A stretch of 24,000 nt of DNA from Rickettsiales bacterium (GCA_027485855.1 JAIXQD010000001.1:245575-269574), one strand, 5' to 3'. Numbered from the stretch's first letter, positions 7,708 to 15,946 are shown. Notes: generated by a model not told the origin, from the letters alone. Numbers and translations: made by a program.

Positions 7708-8973
7708 CTAAATGGCTTTAAAAATAAGTGACGCGTTGGTGCCACCAAACCCAAACGAGTTTGATAGAGCCACGTCAATTTTTTTCTGCTTCGCCACATG
7801 CGGCACAAGATCAACGCCAAGGCAATTTTCAGAGGGGTTATCAAGGTTGAGCGTGGGCGGCACAACACCTGTGCACACTGCCTTGATACTATAAATTGCC
7901 TCAACCGCACCAGCGGCACCCAGCAAATGGCCAATCGCCGATTTGGTCGATGACATCGATACTTTATCGGAAGCCGCACCAAACAGGCGACGCATGGCCA
8001 GTAGCTCAATTTCGTCACCCACAGGGGTTGAAGTACCATGCGCATTAATATAGCCAACCTGCTCAGGCGCAAGACCTGCGCGCTTAAGCGCCGCACGCAT
8101 CGCCCGATAAGCGCCATTACCATCCGAGCTCGGGCTGGTCATGTGATACCCATCGCCGGAAAGGCCATAACCAACGAGCTCGGCATAAATTTTAGCGCCG
8201 CGCTTTTTGGCATGCTCATATTCTTCCAGCACCAAAACGCCAGAGCCCTCGCCCATGACAAAACCATCACGGCCCTGATCATAGGGGCGCGAGGCATTTT
8301 GTGGCGTGTCATTATATTTGGTTGAAAGCGCGCGCAAGGCGGCAAAACCAGCAATGCCAATGCGGCATACCGCGGCTTCAGCACCACCGGCAATCATCAC
8401 ATCGGCGTCACCCCACATAATGAGCCGTGCGGCATCACCAATGGCGTGCGCGCCTGATGCACAAGCCGTAACCACCGAGTGATTAGGCCCACGCAGCCCA
8501 TGCTTGATAGAGACCTGTCCTGAGGCCATATTAATCAGCGAGGCTGGCACAAAATAAGGCGAAACGCGCCTTGGCCCTTGCTGGGCTAACACCAAAGATG
8601 TGTCATGAATTTCAGGCAAACCACCAATGCCCGAGCCGATTAACACACCGGTTTGCTCGCGCTGCTCATCCGTTTCGGGTTGCCAGCCACTATCGGCAAT
8701 CGCTTCATCGGCAGCGGCCATAGCAAATTGGATAAATAAATCCATTTTGCGCTGGTCTTTAGGCGGCACAGCTTTATCGGGGTCGAACAAGGTGGGGTTA
8801 TCTTTGCCCAGCGGCACCCGGCCTGCAATTTTGCTGGCAATGTCCGACACATCAAAGCTGGTGATTGCGGCAATGCCGCTTTCGCTGTTGGTGAGGCGCT
8901 GCCAGTTATGAGCAACGCCCACACCCAGCGGCGACACCATACCCATGCCAGTCACGACAACGCGACGCATCAT
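7708..8973 (-). CDS. fabF: 3-oxoacyl-ACP synthase II (KAS II)
   Basis: 421-aa ORF with the Cys-His-His triad contexts VVTACASG, HGTSTPVGD and GHLLGAAG. Located downstream of acpP. Confidence 0.93.
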   Translation of the reverse strand: MMRRVVVTGMGMVSPLGVGVAHNWQRLTNSESGIAAITSFDVSDIASKIAGRVPLGKDNPTLFDPDKAVPPKDQRKMDLFIQFAMAAADEAIADSGWQPETDEQREQTGVLIGSGIGGLPEIHDTSLVLAQQGPRRVSPYFVPASLINMASGQVSIKHGLRGPNHSVVTACASGAHAIGDAARLIMWGDADVMIAGGAEAAVCRIGIAGFAALRALSTKYNDTPQNASRPYDQGRDGFVMGEGSGVLVLEEYEHAKKRGAKIYAELVGYGLSGDGYHMTSPSSDGNGAYRAMRAALKRAGLAPEQVGYINAHGTSTPVGDEIELLAMRRLFGAASDKVSMSSTKSAIGHLLGAAGAVEAIYSIKAVCTGVVPPTLNLDNPSENCLGVDLVPHVAKQKKIDVALSNSFGFGGTNASLIFKAI

Positions 8974-9007
8974 CTATGCTTCTCCTGCCAATGATTGATT
9001 GAAGAGC

Positions 9008-9247
9008 TTATGCCGCTTGGCGGGTATTGATAAACTCAATGGCGTCTTTGACAGTTTGGATTTTTTCAGCGGCATCATCAGGAATTTCAATGCCAAACTC
9101 TTCTTCGAAGGCCATAACGAGTTCAACCTTGTCCAGCGAATCCGCACCCAGATCATCAACAAAGCTGGCGCCATCGGTGACTTTGCCTTCTTCAACGCCG
9201 AGATGCTCGATGACGATTTTTTTAACGCGGTCCTGAATGCTGCTCAT
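9008..9247 (-). CDS. acpP: Acyl carrier protein
   Basis: Carries the DSLD phosphopantetheine-attachment motif ([20 protein letters not shown]). I place the start at ATG 9247 ([10 protein letters not shown]...), which has AGGA 5 nt upstream. The track ORF start at 9259 lies inside that Shine-Dalgarno sequence. Confidence 0.93.
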   Translation of the reverse strand: MSSIQDRVKKIVIEHLGVEEGKVTDGASFVDDLGADSLDKVELVMAFEEEFGIEIPDDAAEKIQTVKDAIEFINTRQAA

Positions 9248-9455
9248 TTTAATCCTCATAGGTTTATATGCTTTGCGAATAAGCCCTTAAACACCAGAAC
9301 ATGCCCTTAAAGTTTCGCGGTGCTTTAGGGGGTGTTACTTTTGGTAACGCATATGCTGTGTCACAAACACGGGTGCGTAACACAGATTTGCGCCGTTAAC
9401 CAAGACTTTTCTTATTTCTCGTTTCGTTATCGATTTTATCAGCAAATACCCGTGG

Positions 9456-10202
9456 TTATATCATCGCCATGCCGCCATTTACATGCAGCGTCTGTCCCGT
9501 CACATAGCCTGCTTCTTGGCTGGCTAAAAACAGCACGGCCGCCGCAACATCGGTGGCATCGCCCAAACGCCCTGCTGGAATGGTGCTGGTAAGCTTGGCT
9601 TTTTGCTCGTCTTTCAAAACATCGGTCATGGCGGTGGCAATAAAACCAGGCGCCACGCAGTTAATGGTAATATTGCGCGCAGCCACTTCAGCGGCCATGG
9701 CTTTGCTCATGCCAGTCAGTGCGGCTTTTGAAGCAGCATAATTGGCTTGGCCGGGATTGCCCGTATGCCCCACAACTGAAGTTATATTAATAATGCGCCC
9801 CCAGCGTTTTTTCATCATGGCTTTAACGCCGGCCCGCGCAAAACGGAAAGCGGCCATTAAATTAACGTCCAGCACTGCGGTTACATCTTCATCTTTCATG
9901 CGCATAAATAAATTATCGCGGGTCAGGCCAGCATTATTAACAATAATATCAACCCCACCACCCAAGGCCTGCTCGGCTGCGGCTAAAATTTGCTCAGGCG
10001 CCGCGGGGTCAGATAAATTGCCTGCCACAATGGCAATACGCGATTTATCGCCCAACTCATCGGCTAATTGTTGTAAAGCCTCCAGCCTTGTGCCCGACAA
10101 AGCCACGCTGGCGCCAGCATTATATAGTGCTTTAGCAATAGCGGCACCAATACCACCCGATGCGCCTGTGACAAGTGCAATTTTGCCCGTTAAATTAAAC
10201 AT
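9456..10202 (-). CDS. fabG: 3-oxoacyl-ACP reductase (SDR)
   Basis: 248-aa ORF with TGASGGIG, NNAG and YAASK (YxxxK). Sits between fabD and acpP. Confidence 0.92.
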   Translation of the reverse strand: MFNLTGKIALVTGASGGIGAAIAKALYNAGASVALSGTRLEALQQLADELGDKSRIAIVAGNLSDPAAPEQILAAAEQALGGGVDIIVNNAGLTRDNLFMRMKDEDVTAVLDVNLMAAFRFARAGVKAMMKKRWGRIINITSVVGHTGNPGQANYAASKAALTGMSKAMAAEVAARNITINCVAPGFIATAMTDVLKDEQKAKLTSTIPAGRLGDATDVAAAVLFLASQEAGYVTGQTLHVNGGMAMI

Positions 10203-10231
10203 GATTTTTCTCCTACTTATTAAATTAATGA

Positions 10232-11173
10232 CTATAGGGTTTTAATGAGTGTCTCAAGGCTGGCGGAATCACCCACCGAGGTGCAGACCAGCTCTTTATC
10301 GATGCGCTTTACCAAGCCCGCCAACACAGAACCTGCCCCTAGCTCAATGGCTTGGGTCACGCCTTGTGTGCGTAAATACTGCACGCTTTCGCGCCAGCGC
10401 ACACGGCCGGTTACTTGCTGCACCAGTAGCTTTTTAATTTCTGCAGGGTCGGTCACGGCGCTTGCGGTTACATTAGCCACTAATGGCACAATCGGGCTGT
10501 GCAGGGCTTCGGCCGACAAGGCTTGGGCCATGGCCTCGGCAGCGGGTTGCATCAACGCACAATGAAAAGGCGCCGACACTGGCAAGCGCACACTGCGCTT
10601 AAAGCCGCGTGCGGCCGCTAATGATAAAGCCTGTTCAACCGCAGCCACAGTGCCGCTGATAACCACCTGTCCTGGCGCATTATCATTGGCACAGGCCACA
10701 ACACCAATGCTCGCGGCTTCCTGCACAATGGCTTCAGCATCGGCCAGTTCAACACCCAGTAAGGCCGCCATCGCCCCTTGCCCTGCGGGCACTGCGGCTT
10801 GCATGGCTTGCCCGCGTAGTTTTAATAAACGCGCCGTTTGCGCCAAGCTTAAGCTGCCCGCCGCACAAAGGGCCGAATATTCACCCAAACTATGACCCGC
10901 AACAAACTGGCCAAGCGCATGCAACGGCTTGCCCGAGGCCTCAATCAGACAGCGCGTGGCCGCAATCGACACCGCCATAATGGCGGGCTGGGCATTTTCG
11001 GTTAAATTAAGCTGCTCTTGCTCGCCAGAAAACATCAAACTGCTGAGCTTTTGTTGCAGCGCCTCATCAACTTCCTCAAAGACCAGCCTTGCTGTGGCAA
11101 AGGCTTGGGCTAAATCCCGCCCCATGCCAATCACCTGACTGCCCTGTCCTGGAAATAAAATAGCTTTGCTCAT
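10232..11173 (-). CDS. fabD: Malonyl-CoA:ACP transacylase
   Basis: 313-aa ORF with FPGQGSQ and the GHSLGEYSAL active-site motif. First gene of the fabD-fabG-acpP-fabF cluster. Confidence 0.92.
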   Translation of the reverse strand: MSKAILFPGQGSQVIGMGRDLAQAFATARLVFEEVDEALQQKLSSLMFSGEQEQLNLTENAQPAIMAVSIAATRCLIEASGKPLHALGQFVAGHSLGEYSALCAAGSLSLAQTARLLKLRGQAMQAAVPAGQGAMAALLGVELADAEAIVQEAASIGVVACANDNAPGQVVISGTVAAVEQALSLAAARGFKRSVRLPVSAPFHCALMQPAAEAMAQALSAEALHSPIVPLVANVTASAVTDPAEIKKLLVQQVTGRVRWRESVQYLRTQGVTQAIELGAGSVLAGLVKRIDKELVCTSVGDSASLETLIKTL

Positions 11174-11288
11174 TTATGCCTCTCTCTAGATTTGGCTATG
11201 GCTTTGGCTATAGCCGTATCGGCAGCGCTCGTCTAGCCTATTGGCCGACTCTGGTCTATGGTGGCGTCACTTAAACAGGAGAGTAACG

Positions 11289-12275
11289 ATGATTGTCGTA
11301 ACCGGCGGCGCTGGCTTTATTGGCTCTAATTTATTGGCCGCCCTAGAAAAAACCGGCCAGAAAATAGCTTGTGTCGATATTTTAGGCCGCGACGATAAAT
11401 GGCGTAACATCGCCCAACGGCACAGCCTGTTTGATTTTATTAAACCCGAAGACACACTAGATTTTTTATGGGCCGAGGCCGATGCGATTAAAGCTGTGGT
11501 GCATCTTGGCGCTATTTCCAGCACTACTGAAACCGATGTCGATTTAATATTGGCTCATAATTTGCAATTCTCGCAGCAATTATGGCAGTGGTGCTGCGAA
11601 AATGAGCGGCCGTTTATTTATGCCTCAAGTGCCGCCACCTATGGCGATGGCAAGCAAGGCTTTAGCGACGATAACAGCCTGGAACACCTAAAACGCCTGC
11701 GCCCGCTTAACCCCTATGGTTGGAGCAAGCATCAGTTCGATTTATTTATCGCGCATGAGGTGGCTAACGGCAAAGCCACCCCACCCCAATATGCCGGCCT
11801 TAAGTTTTTTAATGTTTATGGCCCCAATGAATATCATAAAGGCGGCCAGCGCAGCGTGGCGCATCAGCTTTTTCCGGTTGCGGCAGCGGGGCAGACTTTT
11901 TCGCTATTTAAATCCGATAATCCAAACTACGCCGATGGCGGCCAAGAGCGTGATTTTGTCTATGTCGAAGATTGCGTGGCCGTCATGCTGTGGCTGTTAA
12001 ATAATCGGCAAGTGAGTGGTTTGTTTAATGTTGGTTGTGGTGCGGCAACATCGTTTAAAGTTTTGGCTGAAAGTGCCTATCAGGCTTTAGGCTTAAGCCC
12101 CAATATCAGCTACCGCGACATGCCCGAAGCTTTGCGTGGCAAATATCAATACCACACCAAGGCCGATCTTACCCGCTTGCGCGCCGCTGGCTATTCCGCG
12201 CCTTTTTTAACAGTGCCGCAAGGTGTTGCCCGCTATTATCAAGATTATTTAACCAAGGCCAATCCTTATGTCTAA
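11289..12275 (+). CDS. hldD: ADP-L-glycero-D-manno-heptose 6-epimerase
   Basis: Extended SDR with VTGGAGFIGSN, ASSAATYG and YGWSK. I place the start at ATG 11289, which has AGGAG upstream. The track ORF begins at an upstream TTG at 11241. Confidence 0.88.
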   Translation: MIVVTGGAGFIGSNLLAALEKTGQKIACVDILGRDDKWRNIAQRHSLFDFIKPEDTLDFLWAEADAIKAVVHLGAISSTTETDVDLILAHNLQFSQQLWQWCCENERPFIYASSAATYGDGKQGFSDDNSLEHLKRLRPLNPYGWSKHQFDLFIAHEVANGKATPPQYAGLKFFNVYGPNEYHKGGQRSVAHQLFPVAAAGQTFSLFKSDNPNYADGGQERDFVYVEDCVAVMLWLLNNRQVSGLFNVGCGAATSFKVLAESAYQALGLSPNISYRDMPEALRGKYQYHTKADLTRLRAAGYSAPFLTVPQGVARYYQDYLTKANPYV

Positions 12276-13722
12276 ACTTGCCGAATATGTGCCGCTGTTA
12301 GCGCAGCAAAAAGTGCTGTGCTTGGGTGATGTCATGCTGGACCGCTTTATTTATGGGCGCGTGAGCCGCATTTCGCCTGAAGCGCCCATTCCGGTTTTAG
12401 CCATCGAGCGCGAGCAAGTGATGCTGGGCGGCGCCGGTAATGTTGCGCGCAACCTCGTGGCGCTGGGTGGCATGGTTGATTTTGTCGGCGTTATTGGCAC
12501 CGACCCCGCTGGCTATGAAGTGAGCGCGGCTTTTGCCGACATGAAAAATGTCACGCCGCTTTTGGTCACCGACCGCAGCCGCCCCACCACCCTTAAAGTG
12601 CGTTACATTGCTGGCAATCAACAGATGCTGCGGGCCGATGCAGAAATTAGCCGCTGGCTATCGGCCGATACGGCCTTACAGGTGCAACAAAACATGCTGG
12701 CGCATTTAGCCGATGCTAAGCTGGTGCTGCTCTCTGATTATGGCAAAGGTACGCTCACCGACACGGTGCTAGCCAGCATCATTGATGCCTGCAAAGCACA
12801 AAACAAAATTCTGATTATCGACCCCAAAGGGCGCGATTATAAGCGCTATCAGGGTGCCACGCTTATTACCCCTAACCGCAAAGAGCTGGCCGAGGCCACC
12901 AATCTTCCGGTAAGCACTTTAGCCGAGGTTGAAAGCGCCGCACGCAGCCTGATGCATGAGGCACATTTTTCAGCCATCCTTTGCACATTATCGGCCGATG
13001 GCATGTTGCTGGTTGAGCATAATGGCAAAGCCACACATATACCCACTGCGGCCCGCGAAGTGTTTGACGTATCGGGCGCGGGTGATACGGTGATGGCCAC
13101 TTTGGCCTTAGGCCTTGCCGCGGGCTTATCAATGCTGGACGCCGCACATTTAGCCAATATTGCCGCAGGCGTGGTGGTGGCGAAAGCCGGCACCGCCACC
13201 TGCAGCGCCGATGAATTGCTGATAGCGCTCACCGCGGGCCGCGAAAGCTATCATAAAATCCTGCCGCTTAAAATTGCCGCTTTGCTGGCCGAAAATTGGC
13301 GGCAGCGCGGCCTTACTGTTGGTTTTACCAATGGCTGTTTCGATTTATTGCACCCAGGGCATATCAGCAGTATTGAAAGTGCAAAACAGCATTGCGATAA
13401 GCTGATTGTTGGCGTTAATAGCGATGCCTCGGTCCAAAAACTTAAAGGGCCAACACGGCCCATCCAAGCAGAAACGGCGCGGGCGGCCGTGCTGGCGGCC
13501 ATGTCTGCTATCGATATGGTGGTTGTGTTTAACGAAGACACCCCCTACGAGCTTATCAAAGCTTTGCGGCCCAAAATTATTGTCAAAGGCGGCGATTACA
13601 AAGCCGAGGATGTGGTCGGCGCCGACCTTGTGGCGCAAGAGGGCGGCCATGTGGTTATTATTCCTATAGTCGATGGTTTCAGCACCACCAATACCGTGCA
13701 AAAAATGCATGGCAAAGGCTAA
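12268..13722 (+). CDS. hldE: Bifunctional D-beta-D-heptose 7-phosphate kinase / D-beta-D-heptose 1-phosphate adenylyltransferase
   Basis: 484-aa ORF. The N-terminal half is a PfkB-type sugar kinase (DVSGAGDT). The C-terminal half is cytidylyltransferase-like (GCFDLLHPGH). The start overlaps the hldD stop by 8 nt (ATGTCTAA). Confidence 0.9.
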   Translation: MSKLAEYVPLLAQQKVLCLGDVMLDRFIYGRVSRISPEAPIPVLAIEREQVMLGGAGNVARNLVALGGMVDFVGVIGTDPAGYEVSAAFADMKNVTPLLVTDRSRPTTLKVRYIAGNQQMLRADAEISRWLSADTALQVQQNMLAHLADAKLVLLSDYGKGTLTDTVLASIIDACKAQNKILIIDPKGRDYKRYQGATLITPNRKELAEATNLPVSTLAEVESAARSLMHEAHFSAILCTLSADGMLLVEHNGKATHIPTAAREVFDVSGAGDTVMATLALGLAAGLSMLDAAHLANIAAGVVVAKAGTATCSADELLIALTAGRESYHKILPLKIAALLAENWRQRGLTVGFTNGCFDLLHPGHISSIESAKQHCDKLIVGVNSDASVQKLKGPTRPIQAETARAAVLAAMSAIDMVVVFNEDTPYELIKALRPKIIVKGGDYKAEDVVGADLVAQEGGHVVIIPIVDGFSTTNTVQKMHGKG

Positions 13723-13728
13723 TCACTC

Positions 13729-15393
13729 ATGAGCTTTGCGCTAAGCTATGCAGCCCCACCGCCCACACCAGGCGAAGTGATTGGCATTGATGTTGCCATT
13801 GAAAGTTTTGTGGCCGCATGGCTGCGTTATAGCCAACAGCAAAAATTTTTATGCCGCGCCCGTGACATGGCCAGCTATAACCAGTTTTTGGCGATTGCGG
13901 CACAAAATGGGGTATCGCCCGATAGATGCCAACTGTTAGCCAGCGATCATGCTTTAGCACAAGAGCAAATCGAATGTTTGTTTCAGCCCGACCCTGCCGT
14001 GGTACGCTTTGCTTGGCCGCGCGCCCGTAAAACCGCAAAGCAGCAAGGTCAGTCCAATAATAGTTATGCTTTATGTGGCTTATCGCACACCATATCAGGG
14101 GCTGAAGTATCGCAAACCTTGCTGCAATATTGCTTGGCGCCCACCAGCGCCTCGGACGCAATTATTTGCCCAAGTACCGCCATCCGTAATGCCATTAAGC
14201 GCCTATGGGAAATTCAAGCACATTATCTTGAGCATCGCTTTGGCAGCACTGTGCCCTTTGCCTGTCCGGTGCAATTGCCGGTTATTCCGCTGGGCATTGA
14301 AACAGCAAAATTTGCCGCACACACCACAGCACAAGCGCGGCAACAGGCGCGTGCGGCTCTCGGCATTGCTGATGATGTGATTGTTGTGGGCTTTGTGGGG
14401 CGCTTATCCAGCTTTAGCAAGTCGCACCCTTTGCCGTTGTTTCAAGCGGTGGCACGGGCCGCGTTGCATACGCAAGCGCCTTTGCATATTTTGCTGCAAG
14501 GCTATTTCAAACCCATTGAGCAAGAGCAGGCTTTTCGGGCTTTGGCCGAATTGGCGCACCCTGTGCCCGTCACCTTTGTGCCACCAGGTGATGCGCGCTT
14601 GCCGCATGGGGCTTGGGCGGCGATGGATATTTTTACCTCGCTCATTGACAGTATCCAGGAAAGCTTTGGCCTTACGCCACTTGAAGCGATGGCCGCGGGC
14701 CTGCCCGTTTTAGCCAGCGACTGGGACGGCTACCGTGATACAGTGCGTCATGGGCAAGATGGGTTTTTAATCCCAACTTTAACACCGCCCGCTTTAGCCG
14801 GCCTTGATTTGGCCGAGCGCTATTTAGATGGGCGCGATAATTATGGCCTGCATCTTGCCGCAACGGGACAAGCCACAGCCGTGGATGTGGCCGCCACCAC
14901 CGCGGCCTTGGTTGAGCTCATCCAATCGCCGCAGCGACGTATCGCCATGGGCAAAGCCGGCCAAGCGCGGGCGCAAAGCCATTATGATTGGCGGGTGATA
15001 ATTCCGGCCTATGAGCAGCTCTGGCAAGAGCTGGCGCAACAGCAAAAAGCCGCCAAAAGCCCGTTGCCGCCCTTATGGCCAGCCGCCGCACTTGATCGGC
15101 CAGACCCTTTTAGTGTTTTTGCCGGTTTTGCCAGCCACCGTCTTGAGGGGCATACCAGGCTTGCGGCCAACATGACCCCAACCGAACTTGTGGCGCTGAG
15201 TGCCCGCCCGCTGGTTTATGTAGCGCCCGATACTTTACTGCCACCGCCCGAACTCACCCGCCTTTTTGTAGAGATAGGCACCAAAGGCACTGTCAGTGTA
15301 GCCGAGCTGCTGGGCCGCAGCACCGATGCACCCGCCACTTATCGTACCATCTTGTGGCTGCTTAAAATAAACGCCCTTAAAAAACTTGATTAA
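13729..15393 (+). CDS. Glycosyltransferase, GT4-like (GT-B fold) with about 110-aa uncharacterised C-terminal extension
   Basis: 554-aa ORF. The donor-domain motif ESFGLTPLEAMAAGLPVLASDWDGYRDTVRHGQDGFLIP is of EX7E type and is preceded by VGFVGRLSSFSKSHP. No motif I recognise lies after about residue 440. Starts 6 nt after the hldE stop. Confidence 0.75.
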   Translation: MSFALSYAAPPPTPGEVIGIDVAIESFVAAWLRYSQQQKFLCRARDMASYNQFLAIAAQNGVSPDRCQLLASDHALAQEQIECLFQPDPAVVRFAWPRARKTAKQQGQSNNSYALCGLSHTISGAEVSQTLLQYCLAPTSASDAIICPSTAIRNAIKRLWEIQAHYLEHRFGSTVPFACPVQLPVIPLGIETAKFAAHTTAQARQQARAALGIADDVIVVGFVGRLSSFSKSHPLPLFQAVARAALHTQAPLHILLQGYFKPIEQEQAFRALAELAHPVPVTFVPPGDARLPHGAWAAMDIFTSLIDSIQESFGLTPLEAMAAGLPVLASDWDGYRDTVRHGQDGFLIPTLTPPALAGLDLAERYLDGRDNYGLHLAATGQATAVDVAATTAALVELIQSPQRRIAMGKAGQARAQSHYDWRVIIPAYEQLWQELAQQQKAAKSPLPPLWPAAALDRPDPFSVFAGFASHRLEGHTRLAANMTPTELVALSARPLVYVAPDTLLPPPELTRLFVEIGTKGTVSVAELLGRSTDAPATYRTILWLLKINALKKLD

Positions 15394-15394
15394 G

Positions 15395-15805
15395 ATGTGG
15401 CTTTATTCTGGCTTTCTTGACTCTGTCTTTCTTAACTCTGGCGTTTTTGCGGGCCTGCTCGGTTTAATCTTTGGCCTGATTTTTGGCAGTTTTATTGGGG
15501 CGGCATCTTGGCGCTGGCCGCGTGGTCAATCAGTGGTGCAAGAGCGCTCGCACTGCCCAAAATGCCAACATGTTTTAACCGCATCAGAGCTGGTGCCGGT
15601 TTTTTCATGGCTTTGGCAAAAAGGCCGCTGTTTTAACTGTAAGGCGCCTATTTCACCCCGCTACCCGATTATTGAGGCCATAAGCGCCCTGCCCTTGCTG
15701 TGCTTAGGCACTTTTTATGGCTGGAATATGCTTGCTTTGCTCTTGGCCGCACTCTGGTTGGCCCTAGTTTTGGCTTTGGCCAGTCTTTTTAGCCAAAAAG
15801 CTTGA
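15395..15805 (+). CDS. Prepilin peptidase (PilD-type) N-terminal Cys-rich domain protein lacking the A24 aspartic-peptidase domain; possibly a truncated relic
   Basis: GSFIGAASWRWP...SHCPKCQHVLTASELVPVFSWLWQKGRCFNCKAPISPRYPIIE matches the CxxC...CxxC N-domain of PilD. The ORF stops about where the first catalytic Asp helix would begin. ATG 15395 lies 1 nt after the glycosyltransferase stop, whereas the track starts at TTG 15386. Confidence 0.6.
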   Translation: MWLYSGFLDSVFLNSGVFAGLLGLIFGLIFGSFIGAASWRWPRGQSVVQERSHCPKCQHVLTASELVPVFSWLWQKGRCFNCKAPISPRYPIIEAISALPLLCLGTFYGWNMLALLLAALWLALVLALASLFSQKA

Positions 15806-15885
15806 TTTATCCAAGCTAAAGGGTCTATAAGGCTCGTCTTACTCTCTGCGTGACACAACTGAGATGTCCCGCTTTGATGCTTAGA

Positions 15886-15919
15886 GCTTTGTTTTTCGTG
15901 GTGAAAAACGGGCAAGAGC
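15886..15919 (+). promoter_or_regulatory. Hairpin with asymmetric internal loop in the rpsF 5' leader; candidate S6:S18 autoregulatory leader
   Basis: The inner stem gtttttc/gaaaaac is 7 bp with loop gtggt. The outer stem gcttt/agagc is 5 bp, with a 3'-side loop gggca. The structure ends about 27 nt before the rpsF ATG. The assignment to the known rpsF leader class is unverified. Confidence 0.3.
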
Positions 15920-15946
15920 ATCGTAACAACCATAGGGAGAAGGGTT

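Noticed and set aside
7698-8123. 141-aa alternative-frame ORF within fabF (same strand), and the 146-aa ORF at 7281-7721 opposite mltG
   Set aside because: Both lie fully inside strongly supported genes, have a Cys/Arg-rich composition and show no independent start signals.
9742-10245. 167-aa antisense ORF over fabG
   Set aside because: It is a shadow ORF, and fabG on the other strand carries complete SDR motifs.
11241-11288. TTG-initiated 16-codon extension of hldD
   Set aside because: ATG 11289 is preceded by AGGAG and starts directly at the conserved MIVVTGGAGFIGSN Rossmann motif.
13727-14161. 144-aa antisense ORF at the 5' end of the glycosyltransferase
   Set aside because: It is a shadow ORF, and the plus-strand frame continues into an unmistakable GT4 donor domain.
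15803-15811. DnaA-box-like ttatccaag
   Set aside because: It matches TTATCCACA at 7 of 9 positions, is a single copy, and has no cluster or AT-rich unwinding element nearby.
15799-15817. Hairpin agcttg-atttatc-caagct at the PilD-N stop as an intrinsic terminator
   Set aside because: The stem is only 6 bp and is followed by aaaggg rather than a T-run, so it is not convincing as a terminator.
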